Shown here: one piece after another, positions 50,188 to 63,965 of the stretch
How positions within the stretch are numbered: the stretch's first letter is position 1
Layout of the letters: every line of letters starts with the position of its first letter
Assembly (NCBI GenBank): GCA_951406725.2
Contig: OX597842.1
Span: forward strand, 2,170,001-2,234,000
DNA length: 64,000 bases
Source: Octopus vulgaris
Taxonomy: Eukaryota
Reading direction: 5' to 3'
Program-made: the position numbers and the translations under genes
Notes under the pieces: model-generated
What the model was told of the DNA's origin: nothing
The model's database searches: none
Seen by the model: only the letters and a program-made list of their open reading frames with translations

Positions 50188-50985
50188 ATAATAATGAAAT
50201 TATTGTATACAGTGCTCAGGTGCACCACAACTTGTCACAAGTGTTTCTAAAGAACATGCAGTAATGTACAAATGTCTGGGAAGTGAACAGTGTATGGATC
50301 AGATACATGCTTGCATGTGTATGGAGGGGAGGAAATCAGATGTAGTGTTGGTGAATCTCAGAAAGCATGGAAGTTTTGAAGGATGCAGTGCTCCGACAAC
50401 TAACAACTGATGCTGGCAGTTTGTTCCATGCTTCAGCAACTCTTAGCATGAAAAAATGTTTCCGAAAGTCATGGGAGCTGTGCTGTTTTCTGACTTTGTA
50501 AATATGTCCACGGGTGTTAGATGGGTGGAGTTTGAAGAGGTGCTCAGAGTTATTGTTTCTAAAATGGTTAATAATTTTATGGGTGTCTGCCAAGTCAGCT
50601 GCCAGACGTCGGAGTTTCAATGTGTCCATGTCCAGGGAAGTAAGGCATTCAGAATATGGCAAATGCCTGATGGAGGGTATTCTCTTGGTGGGTGCTCAGA
50701 GTTATTGTTTGTAAGATGGTTAATAATTTTATGGCTGTCTGCCAAGTCAGCTGCCAGACGTCGGAGTTTCAATGTATCCATGCCCAGGGAAGTAAGGCGT
50801 TCAGGATATGGCAAATACCTGATGGAGGGTATTCTTTTGGTTGCACATCGCTGAACAGCTTCCAGACAATTGATATCCTGGGCAAGATAGGGGTTCCAGA
50901 CCGGTGATGCAAATTCCAGGTGAGGTCGCACCATAGCTATGTAAAGCCGCAGATAGATAGCTGCCAGACGTCGGAGTTTCAATGT
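50188..50985 (-). mobile_element. CR1-clade LINE 3' end with the same 152-bp internal duplication
   Basis: LYIAMVRPHLEFASPVWNPY...RKHFFMLRVAEAWNKLP; GGTGCTCAGAG at 50539 and 50691. Confidence 0.9.
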
Positions 50986-51716
50986 GGCATGGTTTCTACA
51001 TACATACATACATTAAAAATGGGGATTACCTGAGGTTTCCCGTCCATAAAGGGTTTGGCTTTATGGCATATCATCTGGTCCTAAATACCTGTTGGCCTCT
51101 GATGGTTGACAGGGGCCAGCAAGGTAGAAAAACTACCCAAGGTGACTGTGTCTGTTCTGGCTGGCATTCTACGACTGGATACCCTTCCTAAGACCAACCA
51201 CTCCACAGATACGGAAGAGGTGTGTATATATATGTGTGTGTGTGTGTTTGTGCTCCACCACTGCTTGACAAGTGATGTTGGTTTGTTTACATCCCCATGA
51301 CTTAACAGTTCAGCAAAATGAGACAAAATTTTAAGTACCACACTCCAGAAAAAACACAAATACTCGGGTTCATTCGTTTGACCAAACTCTCCAATGCTGT
51401 GCTCCAGCATGGCCACTATCCAGTGACGGAAACTAAAACAAGGCAAGAAGAGATATATTTTTTGCATAGCCATGTGTATTCGGTTTATGAAATTTTCTAT
51501 CAAAAAAAATTTATAAATGTATTTATTATAACAATATTTTTGTGTTCTTGTTGTTGTTGTTGTTGCAATACACTGTGCAAAAGGATTTGACAGATTTTCA
51601 TAAATATTTATTACAAATATACACACAAACACAGACACGCAGATACACATACACATGCATTCATATATGCACACACATGTGCACACATCTTCACATACAC
51701 ACACACACACACACAT

Positions 51717-51761
<45 letters not shown>

Positions 51762-52190
51762 ACTGACTATATATATAATATATATGTATATACACACACA
51801 TGTGTGTATATATATGTATGTATGTGTAAATATATATATATACTTGTATATATATGTGTGTATACATACGTATATACATGTATATATATATATATTTATA
51901 GATATGTATGTATGTGTATAAATATGTGTGTCTGTGTATGGATCTTCTCCATTCCTTAAATGTTGTGTATATATAGGTATATATAGGTATATATATATGT
52001 GTGTGTGTTTGCATAGAGCAAATATATTACACAACTTTCCTGTGCTCCATCTTTTTTCAATAAAGTTTTCATTAAACTCTGTTCTCACTTCGTCCTTCCT
52101 CTTCGTCTCTGACTAAAATTCATTTCAACATTTGTTGAATGCTACTGAATAATTTATGGGGTTGCAAGCAACATTACATATATGCATATG

Positions 52191-52633
<443 letters not shown>

Positions 52634-52647
52634 AATATATATATAAA

Positions 52648-53025
52648 CTAGCAGTATCGCCCGGCATTGCTCGGGTTTGTTTCAACCCTTTGGAATTGGA
52701 ATTTTTGAAAAGTAAAAATTTTGCATTATGTAGCCTGTTATTCTCTTTAAGTGAACATTTTTCTGGTTGAAATACACCGAAAAATGGCGACAATCGTAAA
52801 AAATAGGGATTTTCATAGAAAAAAAGCACCTTTTGATGTAAATAATTTTTTGTGTTAACATGGTCCGATTTGAATTTTTTCTTCTATGGAATGAAGAGCA
52901 AGCCTTCTTCTATCATACTCTCAATTTTGGTCAACTTGCGCCGCAGGGTCTCGGAGGAGATAGTGTTAGTTGAAGGCTATCAAATCTGCCATACACACAG
53001 ACAACTTCAGCTTTATATATATAGA
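52648..53025 (-). mobile_element. Non-autonomous Helitron
   Basis: CTAG plus hairpin at 52648; GA|T end at 53025. Confidence 0.85.
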
Positions 53026-53394
53026 TATGTATATATAAATATATATATATATATGTGTGTATATGTGTGTGTGTATGGAAACTTATAGAATACTCCAGAA
53101 TGCTTCTGGATTAACTTTGACGCTGATAGAAGAGGTTCAAAAATTGTGGAGAGGAGGTTAGAGACAATGAGAGATTTGGAGTGTGAGGCACATCAGAACT
53201 GGTTGAGAAAATTTGAACACACACACACACGTACCAAGGCTTCTTTCAGTTTCTGTCTACAAAATCCACTCAGAAGGCTGTAGTCAGCCCGAGGCTATAG
53301 TAGAAGTCGCAAGTTGCCGTGTAGTGGGACTGAACCTGTGATCATGGGGTTGGGAAGCAAGCTTACACACATGTTCCAGATGATGATATATATA

Positions 53395-53777
53395 TACTCT
53401 CTCTTTTACTCTTTTACTTGTTTCAGTCATTTGACTGTGGCCATGCTGGAGCACCGCCTTTGGTTGAGCAAATCGACCCCAGGACCTATTCTTTGTAAGC
53501 CTAGCACTTATTCTATCGGTCTCTTTTGCCGAACCGCTAAGTGACGGGACGTAAACACACCAGCATTGGTTGTCAAGCAATGCTAGGGAGACAAACACAG
53601 ACACACAAACACACACACACATATATATATACGACAGGCTTCTTTCAGTTTCCGTCTCCCAAATCCACTCACAAGACTTTGGTCGGCCTGAGGCTATAGC
53701 AGAAGACACTTGCCCAAGATGCCACGCAGTGGGACTGAACCCGGAACCATGTGGCTGGTAAGCAAGCTACTTACCAC

Positions 53778-53816
<39 letters not shown>

Positions 53817-54500
53817 TGGGCTTCTTTCAGTTTCCGTCTACCAAATCCACTCACAAGATTTTGGTCGGCCCGGGGCTATAGCAGAAGACACTTGCCCAAG
53901 ATGCCACGCAGTGGGACTGAACCCGGAACCATGTGGCTGGTAAGCAAGCTACTTACCACACAATATATATATATATATATATATATGGTGGGCTTCTTTC
54001 AGTTTCTGTCTACCAAATCCACTCACAAGATTTTGGTCGGCCCGGGGCTATAGCAGAAGACACTTGCCCAAGATGCCACGCAGTGGGACTGAACCTGGAA
54101 CCATGTGGCTGGTAAGCAAGCTACTTACCACACAATATATATATATATATATATATGGTGGGCTTCTTTCAGTTTCTGTCTACCAAATCCACTCACAAGA
54201 TTTTGGTCGGCCCGGGGCTATAGCAGAAGACACTTGCCCAAGATGCCACGCAGTGGGACTGAACCCGGAACCATGTGGCTGGTAAGCTAGCTACTTACCA
54301 CACAATATATATATATATATATAAATATATATATATGGTGGTCTTCTTTCAGTTTCCGTCTACCAAATCCACTCACAAGGCATTGGTCGGCCCGGGGCTA
54401 TAGCAGAAGACACTTTAGCTCAAGATGCCACGCAGTGGGACTGAACCTGGAACCATGTGGTTGGTTAGCAAGCTACTTACCACACAGCCACACCTGTGCC
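53395..54500 (-). mobile_element. SINE family A with its 5' ~145 bp tandemly amplified five times, separated by (TA)n
   Basis: CTTCTTTCAGTTTC...CTTACCACACA units near 53635, 53817, 53989, 54159 and 54339; single tail 53395-53630. Confidence 0.9.
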
Positions 54501-54744
54501 TGGAGGTTCTATATATGTGTGTATATATTCATGCATGTGTGTATACACTGAGGACAATTATGATTCTATTAAAACGACACAAACATACGGACGAGAACTG
54601 TCTCTGCATGCGGTGGCTTTGAAATGGCTGTGACAAGGAGGGAGTGGATGAGGGTGGGGAGGGAGCTAGGCTCTGTGATGGGGGTGGGGTGGGTCTGTTG
54701 TGGGGGGTGAGGAAGATGTACATTTGTGCTAGTGTTGTAGTTAT

Positions 54745-55520
54745 TGTCGGCGGTGGTGGCGATGGCGTTGGTATTGTGAATGCATAATAGGACTGGGAAG
54801 GTAGTGGTGGTGGTGGTGGTGGAGGTGGTATTGGTGGTGCTGCTTCGGCTTAAGTTGGAAGAGGCGGCGAGGATGTACTGTTGTTGTTGTGGTGGTGGTG
54901 GTGGTGGAGGTGGTATTGGTGGTGCTGCTTCGGCTTAAGTTGGAAGAGGCGGCGAGGATGTACTTCTGTGGTGGTGGGGGTGGGGGTGGAGTGGTAGTGC
55001 ATTTGTGGCATTGTTCTTGTTATTGTTGCAGGTGGTGGTGATGGTGGTGTTGGCTGTGGTGGTAGTATGGTGAGGTTGTTGTGTTGGTCGTCATTGTTGT
55101 TAGAGACACTACCACCATCACCAACTACCTCTACCACAACTACTATAAAACCCACCGCTACTACCACCATCACTACCACCACCACCATCATCACTGTCAC
55201 CACCATCACAAACGCTACTACCACCACCACCACTATCACTACCACCACCACCACCACCACCACATTACTGCGACCACCTCACCTTCTACCAATACCACTG
55301 CGACCATCACCAACACTAACACCAACACCACCATCATCACTATCACCACCACCACCACCACCACCACCACCACCACCTCCACCACCACAAAAACTACTAC
55401 CACCATCGCTACCACCACCACTATCATCACTGTCACCACCACCACCACCACCACACTACTGCCACCACCCCCTCGTCTTCTACCAATACCACTGCGACCA
55501 TCACCACCACAACCACCAAG
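54745..55520. repeat. (GGT)n-rich tract switching to an (ACC)n-rich tract at ~55105; 85-bp duplication at 54810-54965
   Basis: TGCTTCGGCTTAAG at 54841 and 54926. Confidence 0.85.
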
Positions 55521-55622
55521 TCAAGATGTCTAAATGTAAATAATGCTGGTTGTAATTATTACTGTATCTTCAGTATGGCTTCTTGCATTGTTGTATAGGT
55601 GCTAGTGGAGGTTGAGGTGGTG

Positions 55623-55658
<36 letters not shown>

Positions 55659-55689
55659 GATTGGTGGAGGTGGTGGTTTTTCAGTGTTG

Positions 55690-57650
55690 TTTTTGTTATT
55701 GTTTTGTTTAGCCACAGGACAGTCTTAATCCAGCAAAGCTATGAACCTATAATCAATGATATTCCAGAAGTGACCATCCCATCTTATCTTCAGAGAAGAC
55801 TATATTACCTAATGTATACTAGTAGTAGTTAGTATTAGTGACTGTAGCTGTTGTTTAACTCCAGGCCAGTCCTGATCCAGTAGACCAATGATCAAGGATG
55901 TTCCAGCTGTGACCATCCCATCTTTTATTCTGGCATAGTGTATCTAGGACTACATTATTTGATGTATAGTATAGTAGCAAGTATTGGTGATTATAGTTGT
56001 TGTTTAGCCCTGGGTCAGTGTTGATCCTGCAGACCTTTTATTAAAGATGTTCCAGCAGTGACCATCCCATCTTATATTCAGGTAAGACTACATTTTCTAA
56101 TGTATACTTAATAGTAGTTCATATTAGTGACTGTAGCTGTTGTTTAACCATAGGCCTGTGCTGATTCAGCAGCCCTATGATCAAAATTGTTCCAGCTGTG
56201 ACCATCCAATCTTTTATTCAGACATTGTGTATCTAGGACTACATTATCTAATGTACAAAATAAAAGTTAGTCTTGGTGGCTATAGTTCTCATTGTTTAGC
56301 CCCAGGTCAAACCTGATCCAGTAGTCTTATGATCTGAGATGTTCCAGATGTGACCATCCCATCTTTTATTCAGACATTGTGTATCTAGGACTACATTATC
56401 TAATGTACAAAATAAAAGTTAGTCTTGGTGGCTATAGTTCTCATTGTTTAGCCCCAGGTCAAACCTGATCCAGTAGTCTTATGATCAGAGATGTTCCAGG
56501 TGTGACCATCCAATCTTTTATTCAGACATTGTGTATCTAGGACTACATTATCCAATGTATAGTATATTAGTTAGTTTTAGTGCCTAAATAGTTGTTATTG
56601 TTGTTTAGTTCCTGGTCAGTCTTGATCGAGCCGAGAGACCTGTGATCAAAAATGTTCTGGCCATGACCATCCCATCTTTCACTCTGCAGCTAATACTAAC
56701 AACTATACTGTACACAGTGGTTAGAGCATTGGGCTCACAATTGTGAGGTAGTGGGTTCGATTCCAAGACCAGGCTGTGTGTTGTGTTCTTGAGCAAGATG
56801 CTTCATTTTTCATATTGTTCCATCTGTAGAAATGAGTTGCAACTTCACTGGTGCCAAGGTGTATCGGACCCTTTGCCTTTCTCTTGGACAACATCGTTGG
56901 CACAGAAAGGGGAACCTGGTATGCATGGGCGACTGCTCGTCTTCCACAAAACAACCTTGCCTGGGCTCATGCCTCGGAGTGGAACTTTCCAATTGCAATC
57001 CCATGGTCATTCATGACCGAAGGAGGTCTTTACTCTTTACCTTCTGTACATAGGCATAGGAGTGGCTGTGTTGTAAGAAGCTTGCTTACCAACTACATAT
57101 ACTAATACTAACTACTATACTGTACATTCGATAATGTAGTCCTAGATACACTATGTCTGAATAAAAGATGGGATGGTCACAGCTGGAACGTCTTTGATCA
57201 TAAGCCTATTTGGATCTAGACACACCACTAATACTAACTACTATACTGTACATTCGATAATGTAGTCCTAGATATACTGTGTCTGAATAAAAAGTAGGGT
57301 GGTCACATCTGGAACACCAGAACTGACAATATTAACAAGAATTATAGTTGCTAATATTAACTATTGTACTATACATTGTTTAATGTAGTCCCAGATACAC
57401 TGTGTCTGAATAAAATATGGGATGATCTCAGCTAAACTATCTTTGATCATAGGTCAGCTGGATCAGAACTGACCTGGGGCTAAGTAGGAACAAGAAGTAT
57501 GGCTGCTAATGCTAATTGCTGTACTATACTTTAGATAATGTAGTCCAAGATACACTATGAGTAAAAGATTGGATGGTATTACATTAGTTGGAACAGCTTT
57601 GAGCATAGATCTGCTGGATCGGGACTGACCTGGGGCTAAACAACAACAAG
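55690..57650. repeat. ~150-bp tandem array of the same family as 16835-17910: ~7 units forward, ~4 inverted
   Basis: GTGTATCTAGGACTACATTATC forward to ~56680; GATAATGTAGTCCTAGATACAC from 57130. Confidence 0.9.
56715..57043 (+). mobile_element. SINE family C at the array inversion point
   Basis: Core TGTGTTCTTGAGCAAG; possible TSD CTGTACA at 56708 and 57044. Confidence 0.85.
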
Positions 57651-57689
57651 AGCAGCTTAACCCTCCCCTGTCCCCAGTGCAGCAATACA

Positions 57690-58020
57690 GTCGCCACCAC
57701 TTCCACCACCACCACCGCCGCCGCCACCACTGTCACCACAACTACCACCACTTCCACCACCACCGCTTCCACCACCACCGCCACCACCACTGTCACCACC
57801 ACCGCCACCACCACCACCACCACCGCCTCCACCACCGCCACCACCACTGTCACCACAACTACCACCGCTTCCACCACCACCGCCGCCGCCACCACCACCT
57901 CTACCACTGCCACCGCCTCCACCACTGCCACCACCACCGCCTCCGCCACCTCCACCACCGCCTCCACCACCACCACTTCCACCACCACCTCCGCTGTTGC
58001 CACCGCTACCACCACCACCA
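57690..58020 (+). repeat. (ACC/GCC)n tract
   Basis: Direct reading. Confidence 0.95.
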
Positions 58021-59669
58021 ATACAGAAGCCATCCACATGGGCAGTCAAGTAGCCCTATTAAGTTAATAGTCCTTCCCACAATGCACCAGTGTGCTCTCC
58101 TTCACTGGAGGGAGAAAATGTAGATGTGGAGGAGGAAAGAGATAGGAAGGAAGAGGAGAGAGAGAGAGAGAGAGAGAGCACTTTCTGCTGTTTGAGATTT
58201 GGGTTACAGTATCCCTCCCCCCCATGACCATCACCTCTAACATCATCATGAACAGCTTCTTTATCAATATGGTAATTCAATACCACTAGCGCTGCCTTCA
58301 TAGCAGTTGTGGTTGATGTCTGTCTGTTTGTCTGCCTGGCTGTCTTTCTGTTTATCTGCCTCTCTATCAAACCAGTCATCTATCCTTCCTACTATATATT
58401 TGTCTGTCTGTCTGTCTACCTATTTATCTATCTATCTATTTATCTTTCTATTTTTCATCTATCTATGTATCTATCCATCTTTCTATTTATCTATCTATCT
58501 ATCTATCCATCTCTTTCTATCTATCCATCCACTTATCTATCTCTCTATCAACCTATTTAGCTATCCATCTATCTGCTTATCTGTCTGTCTGTCTGTCAGT
58601 GCATCTGTCACTCTATCTGTATTGCCTCTCAATCTGACTATCTATCTTTCTATCTATCTCTTTGTTTATCTATCTACATCTTCCTGACTATCTCACCCTG
58701 CCTCTCTCTCTCTATCTATCTATCTATATATTTATTTGGTTGGTTGTGTATGTGTAAAGGTATTTTTGTGTATCTATATATGTATATATATATACACACA
58801 TGTGTGTGTATTTATATATAGATATATAATATGCAACGAAATGCTTATGTACCCCTGATGCAAAGTACCACCAAGTAGTGCTCAGAGAAATTTGAACCTT
58901 AAACCTCTTCATCAGGGTACAGATTACAGAGGTAGAAAGTCGGCAATAAGAATGATCTTTGAAAGAACAGATGAAAAACAAAAAAAAAACAGATGAAAGT
59001 AATGTAATTTATATGCAAAGTTACATTTACAAATTGTATGATGTAATCAAGTGTTTTCTTTACAGTTGTTTCGGACAACTGATGACTCATTCATACAACC
59101 ATGAATATAATGTAAGAAAGGTCAATGTTAAGTTATTATATTAAGTATTTGGAAAAACCAAAGGGAAAATATCAACATGGATTTTGGTAGCACTGTGCAG
59201 CAAAATCATGATGTCTTTATCTGTGTTCTTTGCTTTTATGTATATCTACAATAGTCACTTGGTATTGTACATGCTTGCATGATATTCATGTTTATAGCAA
59301 ACAGTCATCAGTTATGTGAAACAGCTGTAAAGATAGGACTTGCTTACGCCAAGTAAATTATCTTTGCAACTATACAATATAAATACATCCTTTATGTCTG
59401 TTATTGTTTGCCTAAAGAGATAGAGGCCTTGTTTTGGCACAACCTTGAGGGGTTTAGTGAAACAAATTGATCCTAGCATATGTCTTTTCATGACTCACAC
59501 TTATTGTATCAATCTCTTGTCAAACCACTAAGTTACAGGTACACAAAAAAATCAACACCAGTTTTTTAATCCTAAATTTTATCTGATTAGTCTAAGATCA
59601 CATTCATTCCAACTATGACCATCCCTAAGTGTAAAAAAACTCAGGACAAATTACCCAGTGTGCCTATTT

Positions 59670-60830
59670 TTAAGATGGAATGTGATTTGATTGAGTTTTG
59701 GCTGTTATTTCTACCAGGTATAGCTACCATGTAGAGGTCTCCCTTATTGGCTCATACATACATAAGACAGTAGGGTATGAATGAGGGAGATTTAGCTGCT
59801 ATTTCTAACAGGTGTAACTACCATGTAGAGGTCTCCCTCATTGGCTCATACATACATATAAACATATATAATAGAGTAGCATGTGATTTGAGTTTGATTT
59901 AGTTGCCATTTCTCCCATGTCTTGCCATGAAATAGAGGTCTCCCTCAATGGGCCATTCATATATACTTATATAAGACAGTTGGGTGTGATTTGAGGAAAA
60001 TTTGGCTTCTATTTCCACCAGGTGTGGCTGCCATATAGAGGTCTCACTCATCAGCTCATATATATATAGATACATAAGATAGTGATGTCTGATTTGAGGA
60101 AGATTTGGCTGCTATTTCTACCAGGTCTAGCTACCAACTAGCAGTCTCCCTCATCAGCTCATCATCATCATCATCATCATCATCATCGTTTAATGTCCGT
60201 TTTCCGCGCTAGCACGGGTTACATATATATATACATAAGACAGTAGGATGTTATTTGAGGGAGATTTGGTTACTATTTCTACCTGGTCTTGCTACCATAT
60301 AGAGGTCTTCCTCATTGGCTCATATATACATATACGTAAGACTGTTTAATATGATTTAAGGGAGATTTGGCTGCTATTTCTACCAGGTGTAGCTATCAGT
60401 AGAGGTCTCACTCATCAGCTCATATAAATACATAAGATAGTGACGTGTGATTTGAGGAAGATTTGGCTGCTATTTCTACCAAGTCTAGCTACCATGTAGA
60501 GGTCTCCCTCATTGGCTCATATATACACACATAAGACAGTAGGGTGTTATTTGAGGGAGACCTCTACATGGTAGCTAGACTTGGTAGAAATAGCAGCCAA
60601 ATCTTCCTCAAATCACACGTCACTATCTTATGTATTTATATATGAGCTGATGAGTGAGACCTCTACTGATAGCTACACCTGGTAGAAATAGCAGCCAAAT
60701 CTCCCATATAGAGGTCTTCCTCATTGGCTCATATATACGTATACGTAAGACTGTAGAATGCGATTTGAGGGAGATTTGGCTGCTATTTCTACAAATTTTG
60801 ACTACCATGTCGAGGTCTCCCTCATTGCTT
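59670..60830 (+). repeat. ~95-105-bp tandem array (~10 units) with an internal inverted duplication
   Basis: GATTTGAGGGAGATTTGGCTGCTATTTCTACCAGG...GTAGAGGTCTCCCTCATTGGCTC repeated; GAGGTC at 59734, 59828, 59935, 60038, 60302, 60402 and 60499. Confidence 0.9.
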
Positions 60831-61099
60831 TGTGGCACTGTTGTTATTGTTGTTTAATTTGGCATTGTTGCTAGTAATCACAGCATGGGGTGGCTAAATG
60901 GTGACTTAAGGGTAGTTGATGTGTGAATGCTGGGTGGATGTGGACCTTAATATGGTTTTTTATATGTTTTTATAATATTTATTTTTCACAGAAGGAGGAG
61001 GGATGAAATTTCACAAGGGTAGAGGGAAGAGGAGGTGACATAACCTGTAACAACACCCACACACACTCACACACACACACACACACACTCACACACACA

Positions 61100-61132
<33 letters not shown>

Positions 61133-61354
61133 CGAATCACATACACACACACACACTTGCACAAACATGGAGAAAATAAATTGAAGGGAAAAAAAATAAA
61201 GGGGTCTGCCTGAAACCCTTTAAAAAATTTTAGGGACTTCTTTTTCAAATATTGGCATTGAGTAATTAGAAAACGGTTGGTTTGGGGCAGTGGGGGAATT
61301 GGATGGGGTGGGGGTGTCTTGTCTGTTTGTCTCTACATTGCTCTTGCTGGCTGT

Positions 61355-61545
61355 CCGTCTGTCTGTCTATCTTATCTATCCTTCTATCTCAGTATTTAGC
61401 TATCTGTTTATCTTCTTTGTATGTCTGTGTATATCTATCTATCTATCTATTTGTCTGTCCATCCATCTTTATCTATCTATCTACTTATCTTTCTATCTAT
61501 CTATCTATCTTTATGTATCTGTCTATCTATCTATCTATCTATCTA

Positions 61546-61598
<53 letters not shown>

Positions 61599-61672
61599 AT
61601 ATCTATCTATCTATTTATCTGGCTATCTATCTATCTATCTATCTATCTATCATCTATGTCTCTATCTGTCTG

Positions 61673-61732
<60 letters not shown>

Positions 61733-61749
61733 ACTATCTATCTAAATAC

Positions 61750-61792
<43 letters not shown>

Positions 61793-61809
61793 ACTATCTA
61801 TCTAAATAC

Positions 61810-61850
<41 letters not shown>

Positions 61851-61871
61851 ATCTATGTCTCTATCTGTCTG

Positions 61872-61911
<40 letters not shown>

Positions 61912-61928
61912 ACTATCTATCTAAATAC

Positions 61929-61979
<51 letters not shown>

Positions 61980-62000
61980 AATATCTATCTATCTAAATAC

Positions 62001-62087
<87 letters not shown>

Positions 62088-62140
62088 ACTATCTATCTAA
62101 ATATCTATCTATATTTCTCTATCTCTCTCTCTCTTTCCCT
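61355..62140 (+). repeat. (TATC)n/(TGTC)n tract with higher-order TAACTATCTATCTAAATACC units
   Basis: Direct reading. Confidence 0.95.
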
Positions 62141-62164
62141 CTCTGTCAGTCTCATTATTGTCAG

Positions 62165-62720
62165 TGGAAATGGTGGTGCTGATGGTAGTTGCGGTAGTGA
62201 TGATGTAGTTTACAGTAGTAGTGGCAGTGATGGTGAAGGTGATGGTATTACTGGCGGTGTCAGAGGTTGCGATTACAATGAAATCAATGATGATGATGAT
62301 GATGGTGGTGGTGATGGTGGTTGTGATGGGCATGTTGTTTGCAGTGATGATGGTAATGATGCTAAATAACACACTGCCATCATCATCATCGTTATCATCA
62401 TCATCTTCGTTATCATCATCATCTTCGTTATCATCATCGTCATCATCGTTGCTGTCATCCACATTATCATCCTCACCACTATCACCGCTGCCATCATCAT
62501 CATCATCATCATCATTGCTTCAGTTGTCATCGTCATCATCACCGCTAGAAGCTCCATCATTGCTGTGTATTATTATCATTTTGTCGTAACCATTGTGATG
62601 ATCATCACCACCATCATCATCATCATCATCACAATCTTTGTTTCATCATCATCATCATCGTCGTCATCACCTCCATTTCTGTCGCATCATTGTTGTCGTC
62701 ATCACAAACATCTTCCTCGT
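62165..62720. repeat. (GAT/GGT)n tract switching to (CAT)n at ~62370
   Basis: Direct reading. Confidence 0.85.
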
Positions 62721-63111
62721 CTTCCTCGTTAGTATCATTGTCACATTTTCGCAGCTGCTTATGATTGTTATATAAATGGTGTTGCCCCCTCCCTCCTCAC
62801 TTCCATCTCACCCCCCACCTGCAACCCTGCGACCTCTTCCCCTGGGGGCTCATCTTCATCGCAGTTATCCATGATATGTTTTTGCTCAAGCCAGCCAGCC
62901 AGCCAGGAAGTAAGCCAGCCAGCAAGCCAAGCTCCAACTTTACCTCGCACTCCACTCCAGACACCCCACTCCAACCTCCACCCCCACCCCCAGCATCGCT
63001 TCACACGCTCCCTCATAGTTCTCCCTCCCGCTTTTGTAACTGTCAAACTCTGACCAGAGGTAACGTAAATGCAAGCAAAATAATACAATTCCATGTTTGT
63101 GTGTGTGTTTG

Positions 63112-63615
63112 TGGGAAGGTACGTGGCTCAGTGCTAGAGCATTGGGCTCACAATCATGAAGTAGTGAGTTCAATTCCTGGACTGGGTTGTATGTTGTGTT
63201 CTTGAGCAAGACACTATATTTCACATTGCTCCAGTTCACTCAGCTGTAGATACGAGTTGTGACATCTCTGGTGCCAAACTGTATCGGTCCCTTTCTCTTT
63301 GTCTTGGATAACATCAGTGGCGTGAAGAGGGAGAATGGCATGCATGGGCGACTGCTGGTCTTCCATAAACAACCTTACCTGGACTTGTGCCTCAAAGGGG
63401 AACTATCTAGGGGCAATCCTATGGTCATTCATGACTGGAGTAGGGTCTTTACCCTTTACTCCATGTACCTATAATGGCATGGAGAGCAGGGGCTGGTATG
63501 CATGGGTGACTGCTGGTCATCCATAAACTACCTTACCCGAACTTGTGCCTCGGAGGGGAACTATCTAGGTGCAATCCCATATCCATTCATGACTGAAGGA
63601 GTCTTAACCCCTTAC
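63112..63615 (+). mobile_element. SINE family C with duplicated 3' part (63475-63615)
   Basis: TGCATGGG.GACTGCTGGTC at ~63340 and ~63498. Confidence 0.85.
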
Positions 63616-63644
63616 CTTGTGTGCTTATATGCTTGTGTGTGCTG

Positions 63645-63965
63645 CATATCACCTTGGGTAAGTGTCTTCTACTATAGCCTCGGGCCGACCAAAGCCTTGT
63701 GAATGGATTCGGTAGATAAAAACTGTAATATATATGTAATATAAAAACTGTAATATATATGTCTGTGTGTGTGTCTTTGTGTCTGTGTTTATCCCCGACC
63801 TTCGCTTGACAACCGATGTTGGTGTGTTTATATCCCCGAAACTTACCCCAAAGAATAAGTACTAAGCTTACAAAGAATAAGTCCTGGAGCTGATTTGTTT
63901 GACTATAGGTAGTGCTCCAGCATGGCTGCAGTCAAGTGACCGAAACGTGTAAAAGGGTAAAAGAG
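63645..63965 (+). mobile_element. SINE family A, 5'-truncated
   Basis: CACCTTGGGTAAGTGTCTTCTACTATAGCC...GTGCTCCAGCATGGC. Confidence 0.85.

Noticed and set aside
60640-60700. CTGATGA...GAAA in the ~100-bp satellite (retrozyme idea)
   Set aside because: Most units read CCAATGA there, and no stem II closes directly on the core.
61282-61980. 232-aa LSIY-repeat ORF
   Set aside because: Translation of (TATC)n.
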